A stretch of 63,998 nucleotides of DNA, counting the filler, from Asterionella formosa (Eukaryota), in assembly GCA_002256025.1 (NCBI GenBank). It is 10 parts of 10 records of this genome, joined end to end, with 100 filler letters (N's around TTAATTAATTAA, not from the genome) between each part and the next. Parts side by side here need not be neighbours in the genome. Positions count along the whole stretch, not along the records: positions 38,847 to 45,211 come from NKIB01012727.1; positions 45,312 to 51,675 come from NKIB01012728.1; 8 more parts are not named here. One strand, given 5' to 3'. This document shows, one piece after another, positions 38,847 to 50,911 of the stretch. How positions within the stretch are numbered: the first letter of the stretch is position 1; every line of letters begins with the position of its first letter. The notes under the pieces were generated by a model that did not search any database, had not been told where the DNA came from, and was given only the letters and a program-made list of their open reading frames with translations. Made by a program: the position numbers and the translations under genes.

Positions 38847-39518
38847 CGAAGGAAGCTCATATTTATAGAGCATGTCGATACGCAGCATCAAGTGGCTGAC
38901 ATGTTCACCAAGCCGCTCCCGTTGGCGGCTTTCCTGCGTCATCGCAAAGCTTTGCAAGGCTGGTAGTACAGGTATTCTTGATTTGGGCGCAAGTTGCCTG
39001 CTCGAATAAGGGAGTGTGAGAATTATGCATTTCTCATGTGCCCTTGCTCCCTGGTGCCAGGGGTGCAGTGCCATTGGGTATTCAAATGTTTGACGTACGT
39101 GTGATGGTGAGGCTGTGGTATTAAAGTATCTGATGGGTTTCCGGGTCCCCCCTTCATTTTTGCATTGACGATTCGATTTGTAACTTGCTGCCGGATTGGG
39201 TCCAAGCGGATGTGGTTGGGTCTCTTTTGGCAGTTGGTTGATGGCGAGTCATGCTGCGTTGTAGCGATTCTTCTATTGGCATAATAAGGGTTTTTGAGCG
39301 ATGTGTTCAGTCCACATTCAGGTATATCTGAATGATGAGGGTCTTCTCGTCTTGCTGCTGTTTGGTGCATGTTAGACATGCTAGCGCGTTTTTGCAGACG
39401 ATGCCCAATGATTATGAGACATATAATTAAAACTAGACTAATCTGTTATTGATTTGCGTCTTACTTTGGTTATTGTCAAACTGCATTTATTCGTTTGAAT
39501 ATTTGCTGGTTTCCCTCA
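38847..39518 (+). mobile_element. 3' end of a second Copia family: RNase H end (38847-38966), PPT and 3' LTR (39017-39518)
   Basis: IEHVDTQHQVADMFTKPLPLAAFLRHRKALQGW*. PPT aagggagtg. LTR TGAG...CTCA. Confidence 0.82.
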
Positions 39519-39748
39519 GATTCCGGTGCAGCTCATGATGAGCAACTGGTACGCCTTGTCGTTGGCCTCGTAGATAGCCCTGAATCCTTTGTCTGTCTCG
39601 ACTTCTTACTCTTCGTCAGAACACGGGTTGTGGTTCTTGGAGTACATCGTTCGGAATCCTCTTGCCTTCGCCAGAGCAAGCGTTTTAACCTTTCGTTGCC
39701 ATCAAACTTGATGAGCCTCATGCTCTCTTCAGACATTTCTGTAGACAT
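39519..39748 (-). pseudogene. Copia gag N-terminus, frameshifted and interrupted by the nested element
   Basis: MSTEMSEESMRLIKFDGNE / KTLALAKARGFR...IYEANDKAYQLLIMSCTGI, homologous to the gag at 51356. Confidence 0.8.
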
Positions 39749-39777
39749 GTTTAAACACTTAAGTCCGTTTATAAATG

Positions 39778-40198
39778 TGTTAAAGTATTACCTTTTGTAT
39801 AGATCTATATCGTTAGACAAAGAAGACTATAGATAGAGACATTCGTTTCTCTTTCCGTTTCTATATTCTTATTGTGAGTTTACTAATCTAGTTTAGGTTG
39901 TTCTGTTTGAACAAAACAAACGAACTATTCTCCAAATGCTGTTTGCATTTCTAGGAACATACAATCATAGATAGACCCATGTCTATCTCACACTTACTGA
40001 TCATAAGTTTTTAACCATGATCATTCATTTCAAACTATCGGTCTTCCGAAATTGCTTATATTGTCCGGCTCATTATAGTCGGAGTAACAAGGTATAATGT
40101 GTTGTTGATGAGAGCTTGGTACATCAAAGTTGACACATTCGAATCGGTTAAATCGTTTGACTCCGAGTCCTAACTACGTAGATGAGCTCACTTTAACA
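39778..40198 (-). mobile_element. Copia 5' LTR (421 bp)
   Basis: Reverse complement of 13761-14181 with about a dozen mismatches counted by eye; followed by gag. Confidence 0.92.
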
Positions 40199-41100
40199 AT
40201 CTTCCACCAGTTTACTTTGATCATCTAATGAAATGGCTGTTCAAGGCAAAAGCAATGAAATATTTTGATGGAAGGCAGCCAGGTATCAAGCTCCATCCTA
40301 CCAGACTTTGAAAAAACGCATGGATATTTCATTTCCACCAACATTAGCTAGTGGTCAACTGTTGACCAATCAAAAACAAATACAGATTGATAACAATTAA
40401 TAAATCATTTTTTGGTGGTGACTTAGAAGGATTATTTGGTGCAACTCCATTTGAGGTTCTTCATCAATTACTACTTGGAATATTTAAGTACATTTTGGAA
40501 TTTTTTTACAATTATCGGACTATCCCTGAAGAATGGACATGTTTTTTTAAAGAAAGAAAATCTCCAGATATTCCAGAAAACATCTCCGATCATAAACGTA
40601 ACACTGAAACAACAGACTCTGCTTTTTTGATCAAGAGCAACCGAAGAAACGGGCAAATACCGAAAAGGACACACGCACCAGTTATCGAAATACCTACACT
40701 GGCAAAAATCAAGACCCAACACTTGTTGTACCAGCACCAGAAATGTATTTTCGAAACTATACTTCGAACAAAGTGCTAGATATAGTATCAATAGTCATTT
40801 GGAAAGGCAAAGCGATCGTGATATTCCAAAATTGTCATACAGATCTGGGATGACAGCTTTTTCGAAAATGTCAGGGCAAGAAATTCCCGGACTATGTCTG
40901 TTAACTATTTTTTCAATGGGTGGAATGATGGGTTCAGAGAACATGCACCTAGAAAAGGATTTCACATTGCTGTTATGGTTATGTATATCTATCAATGACA
41001 CTTTATTCATACCACAATATACATCAACATGCATGTATTGATATTTTAGAGGAAAGGGTTAAGAGATTTATGTCAGCATGCTTTCGGCAGCATTTGTTGT
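40199..41100 (+). mobile_element. Degraded Plavaka/CACTA-like transposase remnant
   Basis: FFGGDLEGLFGATPFEVLHQLLLG and RQSDRDIPKLSYRSG...KMSGQEIPG resemble motifs of diatom Plavaka-like transposases. Confidence 0.5.
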
Positions 41101-43011
41101 TCCTGCTTTGACACCACAGGAATCAAGGAAATCTCTGATTATCCAATGGTCCATTATTTAAAAATTTCCTAAGAAATGATTATCCAATGGTCCATTATTT
41201 TTTCTTTTTTACTCCCAAAGAACCTAAGATGGTCCTTCTTGTTTCGTCCGAAATTTTGCTTCTCCACTTTTCAACTGCAGTTCGATACAAGTCTGCAAAC
41301 TTCTTCAATTTGATTCCAGAAGGGCTATCATCAGACACAATTTTTTTTCAACATTTTGTCAATTTTGATGCATCCAGAAATTTGGCTAAGAGGTTTGAAG
41401 GGAGCAAATTTGTCATTACTTTGTTTTATCATGGATTTTACTTAGACAACTTCATCCTTCTTGAAAGAAGAGTTGCAAGGAACTCGTCCAAATACTTCGT
41501 TCAACATTTTTAAATATAAATAGGATGTCAAAATTTTGTTGATACAAAATTGAAGAACAGTTACTGTATTTCCAACTGAAACATATCCTCACGAGAATTT
41601 GTCGTTGTCACTTGAGGCCAAACTGTTCCAAGATGAAAGTATGTTGACTTGGTTGGTGGGTCAGATGTAATGGATAAGAAATCGTCTGTTCGATCTGTTG
41701 CTACCACCTGACGTTTTCAAGCTTTCCAGGACTCAGTCTCCAAACGGAAATGCGCCCGTTTGCCAAGAAATTTGGTTTTGCCATTCCTTTCCATTCTAAT
41801 TGCAATAGATTTTCCAACACTTTCACAATTGTAAAAGGTCCAAATGATCATCCACTGTCATCTTCTGGTTGAAATAACATGGAATCATGCATATTCAGTG
41901 GCCATACTGATCTGCAATGGTGCTTTGGTGCCAGTATAAAAAGGTTCCGAGAACCCAATTTCTTCAGGTATATGAGATTCTTGTGGAAGATATCCTGTAT
42001 CGGTACATAACAATTCCAATTCTTTTCTGCATCCGGGGATGATGCAGTACTTACGGGCAAGGTGAAATACTTGATCATAATGTTCATCCACACTTGCATC
42101 TTTTCCTGGGTCACGGACTTGACATAATCCATCATTTATAGCAAAAAGATAATGCACAAAATGATTGTTTTCCTCCTCATCTGATCTTTTGCAATACACA
42201 ATGAGCACATAGTTACTTTCGTGATGAAGTGGATGACAATCACCTTGATATAAATATGGATTGTTAAACAACAACATGAAATTCTATCAAGTTCGGTTTG
42301 CTCGCTGTGAAATGTTTCCTTAGAAGACACACTCGATCGTTCAAGTAAAAACTGGTTTGGGACCCAGTAACCCCTACGGAGGTACGCCCTCGAGTTCAAT
42401 TGTCTTCTTCTGGTCTCATCTCACAACAGGTAGACCGTTCCAACAAACCAAATGAGGCAGCGAATTACAACAATTTATTATTATAGAGCTAAAGTCTTAT
42501 GAAGCTTTTCTTTTCGTGGATGACTATTTTGTATTATAGCAGGAGGCATAACCTTTTTTCGGTTTTGATATGACGATAACTTTGTCTTATAGAAGCTATA
42601 GAACGATTGGAGTTATTTCATTTTATCGGTATCGGTATAGGTATCGGTAGTCTTGAACGAGAGCATCATCATTGGGTTTTAGGGTTTTAGACAACGAATA
42701 AAGTGAACAACACTTGTTGCGATTCAAGACCTTAGCGACCGTAACTGATTTAAAAACTGGGCACCAACAGGCTTAGTGGCAGGCAACAGGCAACTGTTTC
42801 TCACCCGCCGTACCGTGATCTCCCAGGGAACCAACGTATAAATTAAATGTTTTCAATAAGAGGGGAAAATCCCCGAAGGCTCTTTTCCAACCAGACATGA
42901 GTTTGTTTATGTCAACGTAATCTCCAGAGTTCAATGAATCGAGCATGCTTGCCACACCGGACCAGGCGTACAAGTATCGAATAGGCTTTTGATCGGGTAG
43001 AAAAGAAAAGA

Positions 43012-43132
43012 AATCAGATGAAATCAGATGAGATGAAATGAGATCAAATCAGATGAAATGAGATCAAATCAGATCAGATGAAATCAGATCAGATCAGATC
43101 AGATGAAATGAGATCAGATCAGATCTGATCTC
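43012..43132. repeat. Pentanucleotide microsatellite A(A/G)AT(C/G)
   Basis: Mosaic of aaatc, agatg, aaatg and agatc units. Confidence 0.9.
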
Positions 43133-43708
43133 ACGAAATAATCATCTCGTAATAAAATCAAAAATCATCCAATGTTCCAACTTTGAATTACATATTTGTT
43201 GAACAGTTGTTGATAGGAGGCACAGGCCTTGGACACTTCGCTACCCGATGATGGAAATATAATGGAACCATTTTGATGCAGACAATGGACAGCGGATTGT
43301 GTGGACACAAAATATCGAGAACTCTCATGGAAGCTTTTTTGCAGAGCTGATGTGACCGCACGCTCGCGTATTCGACTTTGGTATACTACCAGGTACCGGT
43401 AGCATCAGAGCAGCTTCTGTCAAGTCGACAGGACAAGGAGGAGGAGTTAGCGCAGCAATTTCAGTGAATCGAAGAATTCATGGAAGGATTCAGACTTGTC
43501 ATTGTATCGTGCATCGAGCATCGAGCATCGAGCATCTTTTGCTGGTTCAATTTGTCACACCCCGCCGCCATCAAAAGCGCCCTGTGGCTGTGGATTTTAT
43601 GCGCAATTTCAAGTGCGAATGCTGTGCAAAAAAGAGTTAAGAGCGAATTCAGGGGAATTCGTCCCTTGACGACCAACAACTTACTCTGAGTCCACCATTG
43701 TCTGCTGC

Positions 43709-43962
43709 TGGTACCTGGTACCTGGTACCTGGTACTGCAGCTGCTGCTGCTGCTGCAGCTGCTGGGTTGGCTGACCGGGGAAGGACGGTTTTACCTACAG
43801 GTACGCAACCGGTATTCCGGTACCAGGTACCAGTTAGTGTAGGATACCGGGCGGTACCAGTAGCTGGTACCTGGTACGGTACCTGATTGCTTAGTTTCTT
43901 TTTATGTACTAGAAACCAGGTACCAGGTACCTGGGTACCATGGTACCTGGTACCAGGTACCA
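43709..43962. repeat. GGTACC(A/T)-based palindromic repeat with (CTG)n
   Basis: ggtacctggtacctggtacctgg...ccaggtaccaggtacctgggtaccatggtacctggtaccaggtacc. Confidence 0.85.
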
Positions 43963-43964
43963 TG

Positions 43965-44159
43965 TGAAGTATCTAACTAGAAGTAGTAGTATTTGTTGAA
44001 TATATGAGCTTATTAATTAATCCTTATGTATAACTCATTTCCTGAACTGACATCAAAGTATAGAATGGGTGTTAGTCGAGTTCTCTCATTATTGAATTCC
44101 GATATATTTGACATAACCCCAACTCTATATATATCTGTATCGATGTGCAGGATTGCTCA
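43965..44159 (-). mobile_element. Gypsy 3' LTR (~195 bp)
   Basis: Follows the integrase stop and purine tract gggagag on the minus strand. TGA...TCA ends. A related copy lies at 45312-45499. Confidence 0.75.
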
Positions 44160-44185
44160 CTCTCCCACACTTGAGGGAAAACCTT

Positions 44186-45211
44186 TTACCTATGAAAAGG
44201 TTTGATACGACGAATATTAATTCGTTCGGTAATATGCATAGTGCGTTGAAAAGTAACTGTACCATTGGCATGTACTTGAATAATAGTATAAGGACCTCGT
44301 CCACGATCATCCAAAGTAGTAGGATTATCCAATAATATTAAAATCTCGTCACCCACTTTGTAATCATAAGATCGACGACGGAAATTTGCACGACGTAAAC
44401 GTTCGTCAATTATCACCTGTCGACGTTGATGTATTAATTGTAAATCTGTAATCAAAGGAATATTTAATATCATATCACGTTGGAAAACCCATGCTCCTGG
44501 TGAAATACGTAATATACTATGAATAGTAGCTCGAGCTGCATATGACGCAGCTGCAAAACATGTATCCACAATATTTTGGGCTTGAAATTCATTGATTGGA
44601 GGATGAGCCTTTAACATAACTCGTAGACTATTGCTGATAGATTGATGGAAACGTTCACAGATAGCATTTGCTTGTGGATTCTTTACTGTGGTAGTCACAT
44701 CTTTGATTCCATTCAATACTAACATGTGTAAGAAAGGAGCACCAGTAAATTCACCTCCATTGTCATGTATACAACGTTCTGGACGGGGATATCTGGCTAA
44801 CCAATCATTTTCAAATTTCATTGCAATATATTCTGATGTTTTATTGATGATACGTGAAATTTCTGCTAAATTGGTGACTGTGTCAATACAAGTTAGAGCA
44901 CGAAATTCAATCGTTTGAGCAGCCACTGTTATCTTCCATGGACCAATTAGATCTACTGCGACTTCTGACCATGGTAATAATAATGCATTCCTGGGTGGAA
45001 GTTCACCAAAACCAGTACCAGGTAATTTTGTACGTTGACATGCTTCACATACTCTTACAATATGTTCCACTCTTGTTTTTAATATAGGGTGATAAAAATG
45101 TGTAGCAATTGTAGCATTTAATCTTGTCATACCCACATGAGCTAACATCTGATGATACCAATTAATAATAGGATCCAATAATGATGTAGGAATAGCAATA
45201 CGCCAAGTATC
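44186..45211 (-). mobile_element. Ty3/Gypsy integrase (HHCC zinc finger, DDE core, GPY motif), intact frame, 5'-truncated
   Basis: WYHQMLAHVG...CEACQRTK...VAVDLIGPW...HDNGGEF...NPQANAICERFH...GPYTI.QVHANGTV...NIRRIKPF. Confidence 0.93.
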
Positions 45212-45311
45212 NNNNNNNNNNNNNNNNNNNNNNNNNNNNNNNNNNNNNNNNNNNNTTAATTAATTAANNNNNNNNNNNNNNNNNNNNNNNNNNNNNNNNN
45301 NNNNNNNNNNN
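45212..45311. other. Artificial contig spacer
   Basis: N44-TTAATTAATTAA-N44. Confidence 0.98.
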
Positions 45312-45499
45312 TAACTAGAAGTAGTAGTATTTGTTGAATATATGAGCTTATTTGTTAATCCTTGTGTGTAACTCGTTCTCCAAGTCGACACCAAAGTATA
45401 CAATGAGGGTTAGTCGAGTTCTCTCATTATTGAGTTCTTATACATACATGATATAACACTAACCCTATATACATCTGTATTGATGCGCAAGATCGCTCA
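45312..45499 (-). mobile_element. Gypsy LTR (5' or solo), diverged copy
   Basis: Colinear with 43973-44159 but with many substitutions. Confidence 0.75.
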
Positions 45500-46473
45500 C
45501 CAGGTACCAGTACCAGGTACCCTGGTAACGTTCTGCCGGTACTAATAACGGTTAGTCCAATTCACTAGACTCCCTGGTGGACTCCTATGATCACTCACTC
45601 CTAGCAATGTGGCGGGTGGAACATTTTGGAGCCTACCGGTACATACCTTTTATGAACCACTTCATGAGGTCATCCTGGTGGGGGAGTACCTGCAAGTTGC
45701 GGTAATTAGGGTTAGAGTTAGGTCTTTTATCCCATATTAAAATGACCCTAACTTGCTGGGATTTACCGGTGCTCCTCCAGGTACCAGTACATATTGCAAG
45801 TATTTGTATTCCAAAAACACGTACAGTACGACAATATCAAACCTTTATAGCGGTAACAACGTCGTAGGAGTACGGAAGGATACCCTGGTACCGTACCAGG
45901 TACCGCTATGGGAATATGTACTGTACTGCTTATATTGACCGCCGATATAATAAGAAAGATCCACATATAGATCGAACTGGTAATCTGCCAGCATCGGTTC
46001 ACCCTATACATACCGGTATAACGAACGGAACACCGTAGCACTAGGATAGTAGCATAGAGGTAACGGTACCAGGTACCGTAGTATGATTGTCATGCATTGA
46101 GGCAAAGTTGAACTTAGAATATTCAGGATCGTCAGGAGTAGAATAGCACGTCCTTCCGTTGGTATGAGAATACGCCAACCAATATGTTTTCTCATACCAT
46201 TCAATTCTTTGGTACGTTCCAAGATGGTCATGGAAGCGTTGCAAAGCAACCATCCCGATACTTGCAGATGTAGTGGCGATGCTATTGCGGAATTGTTTAA
46301 AATTGGCAATGAGACGGAGCCGCATTGCTACTTTGTGATGAGAAAGTACCTCCTTCGTTTGATCGGCCTTATTCGCTAGAGCAGCTTTATGCATTGAATA
46401 TTCATTCCGTTTTCCTTCCGTTTCCTGTGCTCACTTCGTCTCCTTTGCCATCATCCAGATACCAGCTGAAAAC

Positions 46474-47079
46474 ATGAAGCTCGCCGTCTTCTCCACTCTC
46501 TTCGCTGGTGCCGCTGCCCTTGCCGCCAAGAAGGGCGTCTCAAAGCCTGTCGGATTCGAGGCCGCCCTTGGTGCCCAAGAGCCTCTTGGCCTTTACGACC
46601 CTCTTGGCCTTTTGGATAACGCCGACGAAGCACGCTTCGACCGTCTCCGATATGTGGAACTCAAGCACGGACGTATTGCCCAACTTGCCTTCCTTGGACA
46701 GATTGTTACCCGTGCCGGTCTCCACCTTCCAGGAAACGTGGACCTTTCTGGAGACTCGTTCGACTCTTTCCCAGATGGTGCCGCAGCCTTGTTCGGCCCT
46801 GATGCTATCCCAAAGGAAGGACTTGGTCAGATCGTTCTCTTTATTGGACTTCTTGAGCTTTTCGTCATGAAGGATGTCACCAAGACTGCTGAATTCCCTG
46901 GAGATTTCCGTAACGGATTCATTGATTTCGGATGGGATACTTTTGGCCCTGAGACAAAGTTGAGCAAGCGCGCCATCGAATTGAACAACGGCCGAGCTGC
47001 CATGATGGGAATCCTTGGACTTATGATGCACGAACAGATTGAAGGCAACCCTGTCATCGGACTTTTCATGACTTACTAG
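46474..47079 (+). CDS. Lhcf: Fucoxanthin-chlorophyll a/c binding protein (Lhcf family)
   Basis: LGAQEPLGLYDPLGLL...FDRLRYVELKHGRIAQLAFLG...EFPGDFRNGFIDFGWD...KRAIELNNGRAAMMGILGLMMHE. Confidence 0.97.
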   Translation: MKLAVFSTLFAGAAALAAKKGVSKPVGFEAALGAQEPLGLYDPLGLLDNADEARFDRLRYVELKHGRIAQLAFLGQIVTRAGLHLPGNVDLSGDSFDSFPDGAAALFGPDAIPKEGLGQIVLFIGLLELFVMKDVTKTAEFPGDFRNGFIDFGWDTFGPETKLSKRAIELNNGRAAMMGILGLMMHEQIEGNPVIGLFMTY

Positions 47080-48740
47080 ACAATTTGAGTTGATTCCTTC
47101 TTACTTCATTTTTACTTTTGCTATAGCTTGAATTGAGAGATACTGGATCTTTATCTAGAATTCATCTACTGTTGCGCGTGTTAGTAACTTGCACTGCACA
47201 TAAAAAGAAAAATAGGAGGGAAGCCTTGATAGAGCGTGATGCAATCTTCGCAGCAAAGTGGTGATCTGCATTATCAATACCGGGTATTCTTGTTCAGCCA
47301 AAAAAGTACCGGAGTTTACTTGGTAAGTGACGACAGCCTGGGTTGGCATGGATCATACTTTCACACTTCCATAATTTTTTCTCGTTTCACTAATATTGAA
47401 AAAAGGAAATTTACCTCATCCTGCATGTTCTAAATAACCTGAAGACTCACCACTAACAGTGTATTGCATTCCACATTAAATACCTTTATTTGACTTCAAT
47501 AGTTGTTATTGCCGAGCAAATTATGAACCACTTCCATAGCTGCCATCAAATCGAATCATCCTCTTTCTCCAAGTTCCTCATCCATATTGTTTTGAATATC
47601 ACGTATAATGCACTTTCTGAGACCATGGAGTTACACATAGAATTTCATAGTATGGCCTACCTACAAGACCTTGTGCTTCCCTAGTTAGGTGAGACCCCAA
47701 CCATCCCTTACAAAAGTTGATTGTCTTAGCTGCAGCATCAGAGGAAACTCTGACCACATAGGAAGGTGGCACAAGCTGCTTGTTGTGAAGCAGGGGAAAA
47801 CCCACTTTTCTTTGCACACCAGGCAAGACTGTAGTGTGGGAGTCAAACCCAACAATTGCTTCTCAAAAAAGGCAGGAATTGAACTGCACAACTTCAGATC
47901 AAAGGCAGTGTGCTCAACCAATTAAGCTATTCCCCTTTCATCGATGTTGTAGGTTGCCTTGGAAATGACCCTTTTGAAAAATTTCTTCTAAAAAGGCAAC
48001 TCCATCAATACCTTTAAGGTGGGTCACAAGCCCATCCTTGACATTCATTACCTCAAAGGACACCAATGCAAATCAAATTGTGAATAATTTTGGCCTTTAG
48101 CAAAGATTGAATATCGTTTTTTGCCCTCCTTTATTGGCTGAGGTTGGTATCATTACTAGTAACTGTCATGGTCCAAGGCGATGTTAAGTTGTGGTTATAA
48201 AATGTGACAATAACTAACTGTCGGTATGTATACAGTACATTGCTTAGATAATGTTCGTACTGTACATAGCGGTAAGCTCGCTCACAAAATGAAAAGAAGC
48301 TAACTATTTAGCTCTTATTCACAGCGAAGTCTACTGGTATTCATATTATTTTATTGCATCAAAGCCCCCGGAATATATAAAGAAAGCTCCATTATCACTA
48401 ACAGAGGCAAGCAGATCATGATCTTAGCTACATATGATGTAATCCTGAATAACATGTAATTCTGAGAATACTCTAGGTATTCGAGCTGTTTAATTTGATG
48501 TTGGAATAAAAGGAGCTATCTTTTTTGGGACAGGATGATTGTAACGGTCATTATGTTTGCTTATTAGTGGCACTGTCCCCATGTTCCTGTGCCGAAAGTC
48601 ACCACATATGTTGGGCTGATCCCAGGTTGGTTTAGGATTGTCACAAAAACAAACTGTAGGCTGATAATGCCAGGAAGCGCCATGCAGGCTTTCTATTAAT
48701 CATTGAGTTGTTCTTAAGGTGCTTAAAAAATGACGTTACT

Positions 48741-50726
48741 TTATTTATTTGTGGAACTCATATGTCCACCACGTCCACGTCCGCGTCCACCTCCCCGCCC
48801 ACGTCCCTGCAATGTGGATTTTGTGCTCCCTCCCCCACTATCAAGCATTCCTCTTTGACCACCATTATTGCTGCTTCTCCCACTCATGGGTCTGTTCCCT
48901 TCACTGCTAGGTTCATCATTCCGGGTATATCCTCCTGAACCACTGATGGTCCTGCCTGTACTACCACGTCCGCCTTCGTGACCTCCACTTCGTCCTCTGG
49001 TAGGCCTGCGAATATCAGTACCAATCGCTCCTCTCCCTCCACCACTGGAAGTCCTGCCACCACCACCAGAACATTCAGCTTCCAACCAACTAGGAACATC
49101 CTGCTTGGCCTCCTTCAATTGAAGAACTAGCTGATTGGCAATCTTGCCATTGCCTACTTTCGGTGCCAAACCGGGAACATATAATGAAGTGGCCAATCCT
49201 GTATGACCTGCTCGCCCTGTCCTTCCAATTCTATGAACATAACTATCAAACTCCTCGTCTGCAGTGGGCAAATCCATATTAATGACATGCTCAACACCAC
49301 CAATATCCAGCCCTCTTGCTGCCACATCGGTAGCCACCAAAACACGACACGTTCCCGATCGAAATGCAGCCAGTGCTGCTTCTCGTTGTGGCTGGGATCT
49401 ATCTCCATGAATGTCTTCTGCGGGGATAGGAGGGAATCGCTCATCACTATCGCCGTCACTGGGCCCGCCTTTACAAAGGAGATTTTTGACCCACGTCGCA
49501 GTTCTCTTTTTCTGCACAAAAATAAGCGTCCGACCAGTCGGACCATTGCGGAGCGCTGCAACAACTAATTTCAATTTGTGTCTCTTATCTGGGCTTGCCT
49601 TGATAAATACTTGGGTTATGCTGTCTGTGGTACTACCAACTCTTCCAACAGCAATCCATGTATATGCTCTGAGAAATTCAGCAGCCAATAGTTGAATCTT
49701 TGGGGGAAAGGTGGCCGAAAACATGAGAGTCTGTCGGCGGTCCTTGGGGGTCATACCTGATTGCAAGACAAGTCTCCGAATTTGTGGTTCAAACCCCATG
49801 TCCAGCATTCTGTCAGCTTCGTCTAGAATAAGAAATTCCACTCTGTCGAGTGTCACTAGGGAGCGGTCACAAAAGTCCGTGAGGCGGCCTGGAGTAGCCA
49901 CCACAATGTCTGCTCCAAAGGCCAAGTCTCGAATCTGTTTGCGCTGGCTAGCACCCCCATAGACAGCAACTGGACGGAGAAAAGGTATTTGATGACAGAT
50001 CTTCTGAGCTTCTAGCTCAATCTGAATGGCAAGTTCTCTAGTGGGAGCGAGGACGATGCAACGAGGTGACGCTGCCTTCCCATCGAACTTGGGTTGGACT
50101 TTGACAAGTTGAGTGCAGACAGGAAGGAGAAAGGCACACGTCTTGCCCGATCCGGTCTGCGCGCAACACATCAAGTCTTCTCCAGCGAGTGCGGACGGAA
50201 TAGCATGACGCTGAATGGGAGTTGGTGTGGCATAGTTCATAAGTGACAAGTTACGTCGAATGGTAGGGTGTAGCGCCAGGAGGGCAAAATCGGAAAAGCT
50301 GGTTCCCGTCTCGCCGGTTCCCTTTTTGACCTCCACTTTGATATCATCGTACTTGGCGAAGTTGATTCCCTGAGCTCCCTGTGTGCCAAACAGTTCGAGT
50401 TCACGTGCGTTTGCTTCCGCAGAGCTTGGAGGCTCGCGTTTCTGGTTGGCTGCAGCGCGTGCCTCATGCTGGCACTGTCGAAAGTACCGGTCTTCTTCCG
50501 CTGCTTTCTTTTCCATTGACGCAAGCTGCAGAGCTCGTTTTCCCACCTTCTTATCCTGACGCTTCACTTTCTTCTCATCGGTGGTAGCAGCAGGCTGACT
50601 CATGGTGCGAGGCTTGCTGCCGTTCGTCTTTGGCTTCCTTCCTGGCGTTGGTCCATCTTGTGGTCTCTGCCCGTTGTTGTTACTTCTGGCAGTACGTACA
50701 GTGCTACTGCTGCCATTGTTGTTCAT
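48741..50726 (-). CDS. DEAD-box RNA helicase, DED1/DDX3-like, with RGG-rich tail
   Basis: GINFAKYDDI.V, PTPIQ, AQTGSGKT, PTRELA, TPGRL, DEADRMLDMGFEPQIR, SAT, HGDRSQ, ARGLD, HRIGRTGR. Confidence 0.95.
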   Translation of the reverse strand: MNNNGSSSTVRTARSNNNGQRPQDGPTPGRKPKTNGSKPRTMSQPAATTDEKKVKRQDKKVGKRALQLASMEKKAAEEDRYFRQCQHEARAAANQKREPPSSAEANARELELFGTQGAQGINFAKYDDIKVEVKKGTGETGTSFSDFALLALHPTIRRNLSLMNYATPTPIQRHAIPSALAGEDLMCCAQTGSGKTCAFLLPVCTQLVKVQPKFDGKAASPRCIVLAPTRELAIQIELEAQKICHQIPFLRPVAVYGGASQRKQIRDLAFGADIVVATPGRLTDFCDRSLVTLDRVEFLILDEADRMLDMGFEPQIRRLVLQSGMTPKDRRQTLMFSATFPPKIQLLAAEFLRAYTWIAVGRVGSTTDSITQVFIKASPDKRHKLKLVVAALRNGPTGRTLIFVQKKRTATWVKNLLCKGGPSDGDSDERFPPIPAEDIHGDRSQPQREAALAAFRSGTCRVLVATDVAARGLDIGGVEHVINMDLPTADEEFDSYVHRIGRTGRAGHTGLATSLYVPGLAPKVGNGKIANQLVLQLKEAKQDVPSWLEAECSGGGGRTSSGGGRGAIGTDIRRPTRGRSGGHEGGRGSTGRTISGSGGYTRNDEPSSEGNRPMSGRSSNNGGQRGMLDSGGGSTKSTLQGRGRGGGRGRGRGGHMSSTNK

Positions 50727-50911
50727 TCGGCAGTGTGATGCTGCACAAATGTTGTTCTTGCTTGCGTGTATTTATAAAACTACTGGTAAATTATCAGTCA
50801 TTGTGTGAAATTCAAGTGTGTGAAGAGAAAAAGCAGGAAAGCAAAACCGTACGGTACGGTACTGATAAAATATATGGAATCCAACGAATCGAGAATCAAT
50901 ATTCTTAGTAG

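Noticed and set aside
43649..43963. ORFs with VPGTRYQ and poly-Ala repeats
   Set aside because: Translation of GGTACC and (CTG)n simple repeats.
43965..45499. Apparent complete LTR-integrase-gap-LTR Gypsy element
   Set aside because: The two LTRs are on different contigs across an artificial spacer and are clearly diverged. Adjacency is explained by length sorting.
46508..47069. Overlapping and antisense ORFs over Lhcf, and similar ones over the helicase, MFS and protease genes
   Set aside because: Shadow frames produced by codon bias and repeats of real genes.
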